Shown: piece after piece, positions 39,468 through 49,107 of the stretch
Numbering within the stretch: position 1 is the first letter of the stretch
Layout of the letters: the number at the start of each line of letters is the position of its first letter
Source: Nanobdellota archaeon
Lineage (GTDB): Archaea; Nanobdellota; Nanobdellia; Pacearchaeales; GW2011-AR1
Reading direction: 5' to 3'
Assembly: GCA_038045945.1 (NCBI GenBank)
Contig: JBBSXC010000004.1
Span: forward strand, 240,425 to 304,424
DNA: 64,000 nt
Made by a program: the position numbers and the translations under genes
Notes under the pieces: generated by a model
Seen by the model: only the letters and a program-made list of their open reading frames with translations
The model's database searches: none
Told to the model about the DNA's origin: nothing

Positions 39468-41951
39468 ATGCAAAAAAGAACATATGTGCTTACCGTAGTA
39501 ACAGTTTACATCGTTGTTATTGCCTTCTTAAACACCGCATCTGATTCTAGCAATAATGTTAATAACTATCTAAATAGGGTTGGTCCTAAAATTTCAAATT
39601 ACCCTTACTTAAGTGTTACTCAGCTAGAATCTGGCTGGACACTAAAGAAGGGCGATAACTATGTTGAACTGCCTGAAATACTGGTCCGGAAGAAGATACC
39701 TTTGACAAACTTGATAAAGGGAGAAGTAAAGAAAAATATGGTCTCTATTGACCCTGCTTATCCTTCTAGCTCTTTAAAGATGGTCAAACTTAATGATGCT
39801 TATTATTCCTCAAAGACTAAAAATAATAAGTATCTTGTTTATCCTATAGTTAATATTAGAATGAAAAAAGATACAACCTTGAAATATTCCACAAGATTTG
39901 ACAAAAAGGATAAGGATTATTATAGATTAAAATTGCTAAAAGGGATAAATCATGTGAGCCTTGGAAGCAAAGAATTTTTAGGAACTCCATACCTTTCATT
40001 TTTGGGAAAGTCAGCGAAAGATATAGTAGCAGTATATGACGGAGACAGGGTGTGGAGGCTGCCGCCAGATTGGAAGTATCAGTTAATAAAGAAACAATTT
40101 CCTAAAGAAGACATAATAAAAAATCAACAGATTTGGATTGAAACAAAAGGTAACTCTCTAATAGAAATAAAGTGGCCATCAACTAATAGTCAGATAGAAA
40201 CAGTGCCTGTACCAATAAATAATTTAGAGGATCTAAAATCTCTGGCTCAAGGATTAAAAGTGGAAAATGCAAGTATAAAAATTGAAGGATTCAAAGATAA
40301 TTTCAATTTTGGTCAGAAAATAACGGATTTTTATAAAAAAATCACAAAAAATGATGTGAACTTTTTGGGAAATAAAATAGTAATCGACGGTAAGAATTTC
40401 ACATATAAAGAAGAAATAAGCCTGGAAAAATTAGGGGAGTCTGGAAGATGGGTCTATTCAACTGATGATTACACAGATGAAGCTGGAAACTACCTCTTAT
40501 TCAAGAAAGAAGACCACTTATTTGATTACAGGTTAGAATTTGAAAAACCTCTAGTCATTTCAATAGAAGAAAAAAATGGTAGACTATCTGATCTAAACAG
40601 GAAAATAATAACTCTGGCAGGAAAAGAATATCTGATCTATGATGCCTTAAAAAATAAAGATGGCCAAATTGAGATTACGCTTGTAGGAAGTAACTATGGT
40701 AAACCTTTCAAAATGAAGATGGTTGATAATCCGCAAGATGAGAATTATAGCTCGGAAGTTCTAGTTGACGGTGTAAACCTTAATTTAGGGAACATAAAGA
40801 TAACCGGAAGTTTTAACCAAGGCTCGAAATTTACTCTAGAATCAATTGATTATTATGCAACAATAAACCAAAAGAAAGACTTGTTTATTAGACCTGGGGA
40901 GCTACCATCAAACCCTCTACAAGGCGAGAATAACTATGGGGGTGGTTACCTCACCTATGAATTAGAAGATAAGAATAATCTCCCTGAATCTGCAGCTATA
41001 GCCTATTATCTGGGGATAGATTATTCCTTTGATCTTAAGTCAGCAAAGGAATTGTACTCTCTAGGTGCTGAAACTTATGTTTCTTATGATCTATCAGAGT
41101 ATTCTGATAATTCCGAACCATCTGAGTCGGTATATTTTGGGTTTGTTGGGGAAGTATTTGATCCATTGATCTATGGGTCTTCAGATGGGAAGTTTTTAAA
41201 AGAAGGTAACAAAAAACTCGTAATCTCTGAAGGATCTTTTGATTCTCAGGATCCTTCAAGGGGTAATTATAACATAGAAAAAAATGATCAGATCCTGCTA
41301 AATTTTCCCTATGAAGCAAAGTCAAAGAACCTGAGTTTAGTTCTGACTTACATAGGGAATAAATCTCTCCCTATACCTAACAGTGCGAGTTTAATAAAAA
41401 CTGTAGAATTTGAGAGTTGGAAGGGTGGGAGGAAATTTTATTTTGCTATTTACTCGCCTGTTGATGGATCATTCGATTTAGATATAAACGGAAGGAAACT
41501 TCATGGGTATATAGACCTTAATGATGGGTCAATTATGGCAGATATTAACTTTGACGGAATTATTGGTGGAGAACACAAAAATGCTATCTTCATAAACAAT
41601 AAAACGAGAATTGGTCTGTCTGGTTTTGAAGAGATTAATGATAAAGAAATGAGTTTAACTGCAAAAATTTCTAAAGATCAAATTGAATCTCAAAAAGAAG
41701 AAGAAATAGGCATTTACACAAGAATAGCTGATGGAAAGCTAAAAATCGGGTTTAATGAAGAATTTTTAGGATTAATAAAGGATAATATTGATGGTGGATG
41801 GAGGGCTTCTGGTATGAATGAATACGGTTGTTACATAGAATTTACTGAAGTCGCTGAAAAGGATCCATACGAACTTGATACTACACAATTTGCGTCATTC
41901 TATTGCCCAAGAAGTCAGGCATACGCAGATGTTTATCTTACATTTAACTAA
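39468..41951 (+). CDS. Secreted protein, possibly S-layer-related
   Basis: N-terminal TM or signal; the central LFDYRLEF...LNRKIITLAGKEYLIYDA...ITL segment recalls archaeal S-layer proteins; atypical codon usage. Confidence 0.5.
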   Translation: MQKRTYVLTVVTVYIVVIAFLNTASDSSNNVNNYLNRVGPKISNYPYLSVTQLESGWTLKKGDNYVELPEILVRKKIPLTNLIKGEVKKNMVSIDPAYPSSSLKMVKLNDAYYSSKTKNNKYLVYPIVNIRMKKDTTLKYSTRFDKKDKDYYRLKLLKGINHVSLGSKEFLGTPYLSFLGKSAKDIVAVYDGDRVWRLPPDWKYQLIKKQFPKEDIIKNQQIWIETKGNSLIEIKWPSTNSQIETVPVPINNLEDLKSLAQGLKVENASIKIEGFKDNFNFGQKITDFYKKITKNDVNFLGNKIVIDGKNFTYKEEISLEKLGESGRWVYSTDDYTDEAGNYLLFKKEDHLFDYRLEFEKPLVISIEEKNGRLSDLNRKIITLAGKEYLIYDALKNKDGQIEITLVGSNYGKPFKMKMVDNPQDENYSSEVLVDGVNLNLGNIKITGSFNQGSKFTLESIDYYATINQKKDLFIRPGELPSNPLQGENNYGGGYLTYELEDKNNLPESAAIAYYLGIDYSFDLKSAKELYSLGAETYVSYDLSEYSDNSEPSESVYFGFVGEVFDPLIYGSSDGKFLKEGNKKLVISEGSFDSQDPSRGNYNIEKNDQILLNFPYEAKSKNLSLVLTYIGNKSLPIPNSASLIKTVEFESWKGGRKFYFAIYSPVDGSFDLDINGRKLHGYIDLNDGSIMADINFDGIIGGEHKNAIFINNKTRIGLSGFEEINDKEMSLTAKISKDQIESQKEEEIGIYTRIADGKLKIGFNEEFLGLIKDNIDGGWRASGMNEYGCYIEFTEVAEKDPYELDTTQFASFYCPRSQAYADVYLTFN

Positions 41952-42090
41952 AGCGAATAATATTTCCCCATTAATCTTTTATGTTCTTTTTGTTGGGATA
42001 ATCAACGGTTCGGTGAGGTAGGGGTAAAAACATAGAATAATTCTGAAGAAAACTTTAAGTATCAAACTCTGCTTCTACAATTGATAAAAA

Positions 42091-43101
42091 ATGAGGAAAG
42101 AAATATTACTGGCAATAACTTTAGCAACAATACTAATAATGATCTTAGTAACGCAAAAAATAAATTTGGTAAGCGCACAAAATAGTAACTCAGTAATAAC
42201 TGGAAAAGCAGTAACCATCACTGGAAAAGCGATAAGTGGGTTTTCATCATTTGTGGACTTCGTAAAAAGTAAAATCAGCGGAAGAGCAAGCAGTCAAAGC
42301 TTTAACATAAACATAAGCGTGCCAAACACGCAACCAAGAGTAAACTTTGTAGCAACAATAAGCGACCAAAGCGTAACGGAAGCAGGACAAAAGACAGTGG
42401 CGATAAGTTTCATAGTATACGACCAAGATGGATATGAAACAATAAACGGGGCAAACGCGACAATAACAAACAGCACAGGAAGCATAAGGTACAACCAAAC
42501 ATGCCAAAAAACAAACACAATAGGAACAAAAGAACAAAACTTCACGTGCGGGATAGGAATATGGTATTTTGATAATGCAGGAGTATGGACAATAACAATA
42601 ACTGCAACAGATCAAGGAAACTTAGAAGGAACAAACAGTACAACAAACTTCACAATACTACAAACATTAGGAATAACAACGAGCCCAGAAACAATAACTT
42701 GGGCAACACTAACAGCAGGAGACAAAAACAAAACAGCAATACAACACATACAAATAAACAATACAGCAAACACGGCAGTATCAGCAGGAAACGTAAGCAT
42801 AAACGCAACAAACCTAGTAGGAGACACATACTCAAGCTACTCAATATACGCAGGAAACTTTAGCGTAGCAATACATAACACAACAAACACGAGCTCATGC
42901 GCACAAGCAACAAGCACAAGGCTAGTGCACTACAACTACACAACAATAAGCGGAGCAAACCTAAGCGTAGGAAACGTAAGCATAAACGACGGAAGAGGGC
43001 AAACAAAAATGTACGTATGCATAAGAGAATTAGGAATAGAAATATTAGAACAAAACTACACAACAAGCGGAGAAGGACCATGGATAATAAAGGTTCAATA
43101 A
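42091..43101 (+). CDS. Secreted subunit paralogue 1 (shared domain ending Y..W-x-I-K)
   Basis: Signal peptide, ITGKA repeats, CGIGIWYFDNAGVWTI, SINATNLVG, YAGNF, WIIKVQ. Confidence 0.85.
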   Translation: MRKEILLAITLATILIMILVTQKINLVSAQNSNSVITGKAVTITGKAISGFSSFVDFVKSKISGRASSQSFNINISVPNTQPRVNFVATISDQSVTEAGQKTVAISFIVYDQDGYETINGANATITNSTGSIRYNQTCQKTNTIGTKEQNFTCGIGIWYFDNAGVWTITITATDQGNLEGTNSTTNFTILQTLGITTSPETITWATLTAGDKNKTAIQHIQINNTANTAVSAGNVSINATNLVGDTYSSYSIYAGNFSVAIHNTTNTSSCAQATSTRLVHYNYTTISGANLSVGNVSINDGRGQTKMYVCIRELGIEILEQNYTTSGEGPWIIKVQ

Positions 43102-43154
43102 AACCTTTAAATTCGAGAATTCAAAGAGCAGAATTCTCTCATAATAAAAGTACA

Positions 43155-43769
43155 ATGAAAAAAAATAATTTTAGTACAATAAAAAAAATAACGGGAATAT
43201 GCTTCGCAGCAATAATCATAATCATAATCATGACGAGTCAAACAAAAGCATTCGGAATAACAAGATCAAACACAGAAAAAAATCCCCTAATGATAATGCT
43301 AGGAGAAGAAGGGCAAGCATACTTAGAATACCAAAACATGATAGGAGAAGAAGACTATAACATAAAAACAAGAATAATAAAAGGAAAAGAAATAGTAACA
43401 AACCAAAAAGAAGTAGAAAAAGAAATACAAATAAAAGCAGGAGAAGAAGGAAGGAGAATAGTTATACAAGTTGAAGCACCAAAAGAAGCAAAAATAGGAG
43501 AAGAATACGAAATAACACTAACAACAACACTAATAAAAACAAAAGAAAGCACAGGCCTAACAATGAGTACAGAAATAGAACAAACAATAAAAATAATAGT
43601 CGGAACAAAACCAGAACAACAAAAAAACGTACCGGAAATAAATAATTCGCAAGAAATAGAACAACCAAAAAAAATTAATAATTACGAAAGATTCCTAATA
43701 TTATTCATAAGCCTAATAGGAATACTAACACTAGTAAAAATACTAATAATGATAAACAGGAAAAAATGA
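43155..43769 (+). CDS. Membrane-anchored Ig-like partner 1
   Basis: Signal ending in AFG, QNMIGEEDY, P..AKIGE.YEI, C-terminal TM plus basic tail; start moved from 42897 to the ATG at 43155. Confidence 0.8.
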   Translation: MKKNNFSTIKKITGICFAAIIIIIIMTSQTKAFGITRSNTEKNPLMIMLGEEGQAYLEYQNMIGEEDYNIKTRIIKGKEIVTNQKEVEKEIQIKAGEEGRRIVIQVEAPKEAKIGEEYEITLTTTLIKTKESTGLTMSTEIEQTIKIIVGTKPEQQKNVPEINNSQEIEQPKKINNYERFLILFISLIGILTLVKILIMINRKK

Positions 43770-44317
43770 TTAAAACAAAAAAGATACAGATGATAATGTC
43801 ATCATCAATAATTCTACTATCGCTAATAACAATAGTAACATCATTTGGAGTATCAAACTTTTACTACGCAAACAACCCACTAAAAATGCAAGGGGGAGAA
43901 ACAAAAGAAGTAACACTCTTGCTACAAAACATGGTAGGAAAAGAAGACTTCCAAGCAAGAGCAACAATAGTCTCGGGCTCAGAAATAGCAAAAATAACTG
44001 ATACGGGAATATATCAAGTGCCAGCAGAAACAAAAGACGTACCAATAAAAGTAGTAATAAACACACCAAAAAAAGCAAAAGTCGGAGAAAAATACGAAAT
44101 AAAAATAGAAGTAGTAGCAACACCAAAAAATAGTGAAGGAACAATAACACTAAGTCAGGGAATAGCAACAATAATACCGATAGAAATAATAAAAAAAGAA
44201 ACATCAAGTAAAATAATAATCATAATAATAACAATAATAGCAATAATACTAGCTTGCGCAATACTATACATACTACACAGAAAAAGCTTAAAAAGAGGAG
44301 GATTCTATGAATATTAG
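43766..44317 (+). CDS. Membrane-anchored Ig-like partner 2
   Basis: SFGV, QNMVGKEDF, PKKAKVGEKYEI, C-terminal TM; ATGA-type overlap with the upstream gene. Confidence 0.8.
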   Translation: MIKTKKIQMIMSSSIILLSLITIVTSFGVSNFYYANNPLKMQGGETKEVTLLLQNMVGKEDFQARATIVSGSEIAKITDTGIYQVPAETKDVPIKVVINTPKKAKVGEKYEIKIEVVATPKNSEGTITLSQGIATIIPIEIIKKETSSKIIIIIITIIAIILACAILYILHRKSLKRGGFYEY

Positions 44318-45326
44318 AATGATGAAAAAAGGTGAAACAGAAAAAGTCATAGTACTAATAGTAATCGCAGGAATATTATTCATAGGACTAACAGGCCTGG
44401 CAACATCAGAAGAAGGATTCTTCAAATCCTTACGATCATTCCTAACAGGAAAAGCAACAAGCGGAACATTCAACCTAAACATATCAGTAGGAAACTCACC
44501 GCCAAACATAACAAACGTAGGAATAGTAAGCACACCATTTGACCCAACAGAATACAGTATAGGGGGAGGACTAACAGCAGTAACATTTAATTTCACAGTA
44601 AACGACACTGACGGATACCAAAACATAGACACAACAAGCGCAAAAGCAAACGCAACGTTCGTAAACGGATCAACAGTGTGGGTAGCAAAAAACGATAGTT
44701 GCGTTTACTCATCGGGCTCTGGTCAAACAGCAATATTCAACTGCACTCTAAAAATGTGGTATTTTAATCCAGCCGGCTTGTGGAACATAACAATATACGC
44801 ACAAGACAATAGTGGGGCAAGCGCACAAAACAGAACACAAAACTTCACATACAGCTCCCTAAAAGCATTCACACTAGCACCAGCAACATTAGCATTTAAC
44901 TCGCTAAGCGGAGGATCAACAAATACCACATCAACAAACGATCCTGTAATACTAAACAATACAGGAAACTACCATTTTGACCCGACAACAGGGAATATAA
45001 GCGTAAATGCAACAAGCCTAGTGGGAGAAACAAATAGTGCATACTCATTATACGGGGGAAACTTCACAGTAGGAACATACGGAGCTGACTCGACAGTTAA
45101 TTGCGGAAACAGCACATGGAGCCACTTCATGAGCAGATCAGTATTCGTAAATTTAACAACAACAAACTCAAGCCTACCATACGGAAACTTAAGCGCAGGC
45201 GGAGGAGCAGGGCAAGGAAACTTATTCGTATGCTTAACACTGGCTGGAGGAGAAATATCATCACAAGCGTACTCAACAAACGGACCAAACAGTCAAGGAT
45301 CATGGCAGGTAAAGGTGCAAACATGA
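44307..45326 (+). CDS. Secreted subunit paralogue 2
   Basis: LTGKATSGTFNLNISVGNSPP, CTLKMWYFNPAGLWNIT, WQVKVQT. Confidence 0.85.
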   Translation: MNIRMMKKGETEKVIVLIVIAGILFIGLTGLATSEEGFFKSLRSFLTGKATSGTFNLNISVGNSPPNITNVGIVSTPFDPTEYSIGGGLTAVTFNFTVNDTDGYQNIDTTSAKANATFVNGSTVWVAKNDSCVYSSGSGQTAIFNCTLKMWYFNPAGLWNITIYAQDNSGASAQNRTQNFTYSSLKAFTLAPATLAFNSLSGGSTNTTSTNDPVILNNTGNYHFDPTTGNISVNATSLVGETNSAYSLYGGNFTVGTYGADSTVNCGNSTWSHFMSRSVFVNLTTTNSSLPYGNLSAGGGAGQGNLFVCLTLAGGEISSQAYSTNGPNSQGSWQVKVQT

Positions 45327-45916
45327 TAAAAAACAAGAATAATAAATTACTAAGTGCATTAGTAATAATTGCAGTATTAACAATAAGCTTGGTTAGCGCC
45401 TTCGGAGTAGCAGGATACGACACGCCAGTAAAAGTAAAACCAGGAGAAAGCATAGATTTAGCATTCAGAGTGCAAAACTTAGCAGGAACAGAGGACTATT
45501 CATTAAAAGCAGAAATAAGAGGGGGAGAAGGAATAAGCGTAACAACATTAGACCCATCAACAACTTATTCATTAAGGCATGGAGAAATAGTAAGAGTAAA
45601 CTTTAGAGTAATTATGCCGGCAGAAGCGCAAGCGGGAGAAAAGTATGAAGTAAGAGCAGACTTCACAACAGGACCGCTAAACAGTGAAGGTGGAGCACCA
45701 TTAGGGATACAATCAATAATAAGCGACAAAGTAATAATACAGGTAGCAGGAGAAACAGACAATTCACAAAAGATAACACCACAACCAGAAGAAAAAACAG
45801 AATTAGCAAAAAACAATAGTAACATAGCAAAAATAGTAGTATTAGCAACACTTCTAGCAGCAGCAATACTAGCAGGATACTACGTAAGAAGAAAAAATAA
45901 AGAAAAAACAAAATAA
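45323..45916 (+). CDS. Membrane-anchored Ig-like partner 3
   Basis: AFGV, VKPGESIDLAFRVQNLAG, C-terminal TM plus RRK; start moved from 45101 to the ATG at 45323, which overlaps the upstream stop. Confidence 0.8.
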   Translation: MIKNKNNKLLSALVIIAVLTISLVSAFGVAGYDTPVKVKPGESIDLAFRVQNLAGTEDYSLKAEIRGGEGISVTTLDPSTTYSLRHGEIVRVNFRVIMPAEAQAGEKYEVRADFTTGPLNSEGGAPLGIQSIISDKVIIQVAGETDNSQKITPQPEEKTELAKNNSNIAKIVVLATLLAAAILAGYYVRRKNKEKTK

Positions 45917-45973
45917 TCAACAGTTACGTTGATTTACGAGAAGATTTAAATACATAATTATTTTAAGAAACAC

Positions 45974-46981
45974 ATGATTTTGAGTTTGAAAAAGGGTGGG
46001 GTAACAAAAATAATCCCAATGATATTAGTATCATCAATAATTCTACTATCACTACTAACAATAGTATCATCACAAACAAGTTTTTGGGAATCAATAAAAG
46101 CAGGAATAACAGGAAGAGCAACAAGCGGAACATTCAACCTAAACATATCAGTAGGAAACTCACCACCAAACATAACATATGTATCAACAATAAGCGCACA
46201 AGACATAACAGAAGCAGGACAAACAAGAGTAACATTCTATTTCACAGCAAACGACAGTGACGGATATCAAAACATCGATACTACAAGCGCAAAAGCAAAT
46301 TTCACATTCATAAACGCAACAGGACTAATAGCAACAGGAAAAAACGATAGTTGTGTGTCCCTTGGAAATATTGACTCAAAAACAATAAACTTCACATGCA
46401 CAATAAGCCTATGGTATTTTAACCCATCAGGAACAAACGCCTGGAACATAACAGCATACGTACAAGACAGCAGCTCAGCATCAGGACAAAACACCACAAC
46501 AAAATTTACTCTTAATCCAACACCAGCATTCGTAATATACCCAGCAGCATTCACATTCGGATCACTAAGCGGAGGATCAACGAACACAACATCTAACAAC
46601 GACCCATTAACAATGAACAACACAGGAAATTACGCGTTTGGACAACTAACACAAAACATAAGCGTTAATGCAACAAATCTGGTAGGAGAAACAAACAGCG
46701 CATACGCACTATACGGAGGAAACTTCACAGTAGGTGTATCAACAGGAGGGAGCCCACCAGTAGAATGCGGAGATAGTTCAGCAAGCGGATTCTTAGTAAC
46801 ACAAAGATTCGTTAATCAAACACTAGCAAGCCTACCATACGGAAACCTAAGCATAGGGTCAGGAACAGCACAAGAACAACTGTATGTGTGTTTAGCAAGA
46901 GCAGGAAACGAAATATCATCACAAGCATACTCAACAAACGGACCAAACAGTAACGGAGCATGGCAAATAAAAACGCAATGA
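45974..46981 (+). CDS. Secreted subunit paralogue 3
   Basis: ITGRATSGTFNLNISVGNSPP, CTISLWYFNP, AQEQLYVCL, WQIKTQ. Confidence 0.85.
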   Translation: MILSLKKGGVTKIIPMILVSSIILLSLLTIVSSQTSFWESIKAGITGRATSGTFNLNISVGNSPPNITYVSTISAQDITEAGQTRVTFYFTANDSDGYQNIDTTSAKANFTFINATGLIATGKNDSCVSLGNIDSKTINFTCTISLWYFNPSGTNAWNITAYVQDSSSASGQNTTTKFTLNPTPAFVIYPAAFTFGSLSGGSTNTTSNNDPLTMNNTGNYAFGQLTQNISVNATNLVGETNSAYALYGGNFTVGVSTGGSPPVECGDSSASGFLVTQRFVNQTLASLPYGNLSIGSGTAQEQLYVCLARAGNEISSQAYSTNGPNSNGAWQIKTQ

Positions 46982-47031
46982 AAATAAGTAAATTTTCAAG
47001 CATTAAACTGAGGGTAAGTTTAACACAATGA
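46976..47031 (+). promoter_or_regulatory. Intergenic promoter-like element, copy 2
   Basis: Same length as 5467-5522 and 47/56 nt identical. Confidence 0.7.
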
Positions 47032-47600
47032 TGAAAAAGAATAAACAATTATTAACAGTAACAATGATCTTAATGTTATTCATGAGCTTAATAGTAAGTG
47101 CCTTTGGAGTAGGAATATACAACGACCCAATAAAGATAAAACCAGGAGAAAGCATAGACTTAGCATTCAGACCACAAAACATGGTAGGAAACACAGACTA
47201 CACAGTAGAACCAAAATTTACATGGAGTGAAGGAATAAACGTAGAATTATTAGACAACAAAACAATATATGACTTACCATCAGGAGAATTAATAAGAGTA
47301 AACTTTAGAGTAACAGCTGATAAAAACGCAAAAATAGGGGAAATGAAAGAAGTAAGAGCAGACTTCACACCAAAAGCACAATCAGAGGGCGGAGAACCAT
47401 TAGGAATAGAAACAGGAATGGTAGCAAGCGTAAAAATATTAATATCAGAAACAACAGGAGACGACGGACAAACACCAATAGAAAAGAAAGAAGAAACAAA
47501 AGTTGTAAACTACACAAGCAAAATACTGGCACTATTAGCTCTAATAATAGTGGTAGCAGTAACAATAATCTACATAAGAAGAAAGAAAAAGAATAAATAA
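47028..47600 (+). CDS. Membrane-anchored Ig-like partner 4
   Basis: AFGV, IKPGESIDLAFRPQNMVG, C-terminal TM plus RRKKK. Confidence 0.8.
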   Translation: MMKKNKQLLTVTMILMLFMSLIVSAFGVGIYNDPIKIKPGESIDLAFRPQNMVGNTDYTVEPKFTWSEGINVELLDNKTIYDLPSGELIRVNFRVTADKNAKIGEMKEVRADFTPKAQSEGGEPLGIETGMVASVKILISETTGDDGQTPIEKKEETKVVNYTSKILALLALIIVVAVTIIYIRRKKKNK

Positions 47601-47624
47601 TTCTAAAAAGAGAAAGATATATAA

Positions 47625-47640
47625 GTAAGAAAATTCTTAC
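47625..47640. promoter_or_regulatory. Palindromic operator upstream of the TA operon
   Basis: gtaagaa-aa-ttcttac between the TATA element and the ATG. Confidence 0.6.
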
Positions 47641-47646
47641 ATTGAT

Positions 47647-47886
47647 ATGGAAACAAGTATAATCAAAGTAACAGACAAGGGACAAATATCAATACCTCGA
47701 AGTATGAGACAATCTCTCAAAATAGAAATGGGTGATAATTTACTAATCACCAACAGCGAAGGTAAAATAATAATAAAAAAAATAGTTGATGATGATTTCA
47801 AAGATATACTAAAAATTAGCGAAGAATCACTTAAAGAGGTTTGGGATAATAAAGAAGATGAAATTTGGAATGAATATCTAAAATGA
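47647..47886 (+). CDS. AbrB/MazE/SpoVT-family antitoxin
   Basis: KVTDKGQISIPRSMRQSLKIEMGD plus an acidic tail (WDNKEDEIW). Confidence 0.9.
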   Translation: METSIIKVTDKGQISIPRSMRQSLKIEMGDNLLITNSEGKIIIKKIVDDDFKDILKISEESLKEVWDNKEDEIWNEYLK

Positions 47887-48218
47887 TTGTTAAACAAAGA
47901 GATTTAGTCCTTGTTTCATACCCTTTTTCTGATGTAGAATTATCAAAAGTTAGGCCTGCAATAGTAATATCAAACGACGACTTTAACAGAGATTGTCCAG
48001 ATTGCTTGTTAGTTCCACTTACATCGGTTTTAAAAAATGCTTATTGTACACTAGAAATTCACCAAGAAGATCTTGAATCCGGAAAATTATTAAAGCCTAG
48101 CAAAGTTAGAGCAGGAAAATTCTTTACTATGAATCAGCAATCAATAATGATGAATATTGGAAAAGTAAAACAAGAATTTTTTACAAAACTTAAAAAAGAA
48201 GTTATCAAAGTATTTTAG
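47883..48218 (+). CDS. PemK/MazF-family toxin
   Basis: QRDLVLVSYPFSD....KVRPAIVISND...VPLTS; overlaps the antitoxin stop codon. Confidence 0.9.
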   Translation: MIVKQRDLVLVSYPFSDVELSKVRPAIVISNDDFNRDCPDCLLVPLTSVLKNAYCTLEIHQEDLESGKLLKPSKVRAGKFFTMNQQSIMMNIGKVKQEFFTKLKKEVIKVF

Positions 48219-48260
48219 ATAAGAAGGATTTAAATACTATTGTAATATAATTATTACAGT

Positions 48261-48905
48261 ATGCTCAAAGTAGACAACCAAACACTAGTACTAAACGAAT
48301 TCTTCAAAACAAAAAAAGGCGAAAAAGGATTACAACTAAGAGAACTAGGGAGAAAAATAGGATTAGCACCAACATCAGTAAAAAAATACTTAGAAGAACT
48401 AGAAAAAGAAGGAATAATAATCAGAGAAAAAAAAGAAAAATACCCATTATACTACCCAAACACAAAAAACCAACAATACCTAAGACTAAAAAATTTACAC
48501 ATAATAAGAACGATACACGAATGTGGAATGATAGAACACATAGAAAAAACAACAAAACCAACAATAATAGTACTAGCGGGAATAAACTTTGAAGAAGAAT
48601 CAAAAGAGATAAAACTATACATAAGAGGAAAAGCAGAAAACCTCAAACTAGAAGAATATGAAAAAGGAATAAACACAAAAATAATACCGGTAATAAGCAA
48701 AGACTTCAAAGAATTAAGCCCTAGCGAAGAAAAAGAACTAATAAACGGAATAGTAATAAAAGGAATAATAGAAATAAACAGTAGAGAAGAACAAAAAGAT
48801 AGCCTAAAGGTAACAAGCGAAAAAGCAAAAGGGCCATTAGATGAAGAAGATGAAGGATACTACACAAGAACACTAATAAAAAGTCCAGAAAACCATATCA
48901 ACTGA
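48261..48905 (+). CDS. wHTH plus degenerate minimal-nucleotidyltransferase-like protein
   Basis: LRELGRKIGLAPTSVKKYLEELEKEGII wHTH; IIVLAGINFEEESKEIKL lies where FGS..DxD is expected; palindrome tgtaata..tattaca at 48241-48258. Confidence 0.6.
   Translation: MLKVDNQTLVLNEFFKTKKGEKGLQLRELGRKIGLAPTSVKKYLEELEKEGIIIREKKEKYPLYYPNTKNQQYLRLKNLHIIRTIHECGMIEHIEKTTKPTIIVLAGINFEEESKEIKLYIRGKAENLKLEEYEKGINTKIIPVISKDFKELSPSEEKELINGIVIKGIIEINSREEQKDSLKVTSEKAKGPLDEEDEGYYTRTLIKSPENHIN
48798..48824 (+). repeat. Dispersed ~25-bp repeat, in-frame copy
   Basis: gatagcctaaaggtaacaagcgaaaaa. Confidence 0.6.
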
Positions 48906-49089
48906 TAAGATAAAAAGCTTGTTTTGCGACATAATGTCTAATTCGTAACATAAAGTAAAGATACTAAATTTACATTCTTAAGAGCTCATTCTTTAAGATC
49001 TAAACTTATCAACTGATACTATCCTATACAAAATTTGTGTGTAAACAAAAAATTACATCGATTTTTGTTTAAGAAAAGCTTAAATAGCT

Positions 49090-49103
49090 GTATCAATTGA
49101 TAC
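49090..49103. promoter_or_regulatory. Perfect 14-bp palindrome gtatcaattgatac (near-copy at 49007-49022)
   Basis: Lies between the TATA element and the ATG of the downstream small gene. Confidence 0.6.
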
Positions 49104-49107
49104 TATA

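Noticed and set aside
42897-43154. Long N-terminal extensions on ORFs 42897 and 45101
   Set aside because: They overlap upstream genes; internal ATGs at 43155 and 45323 give signal peptides matching the paralogues.
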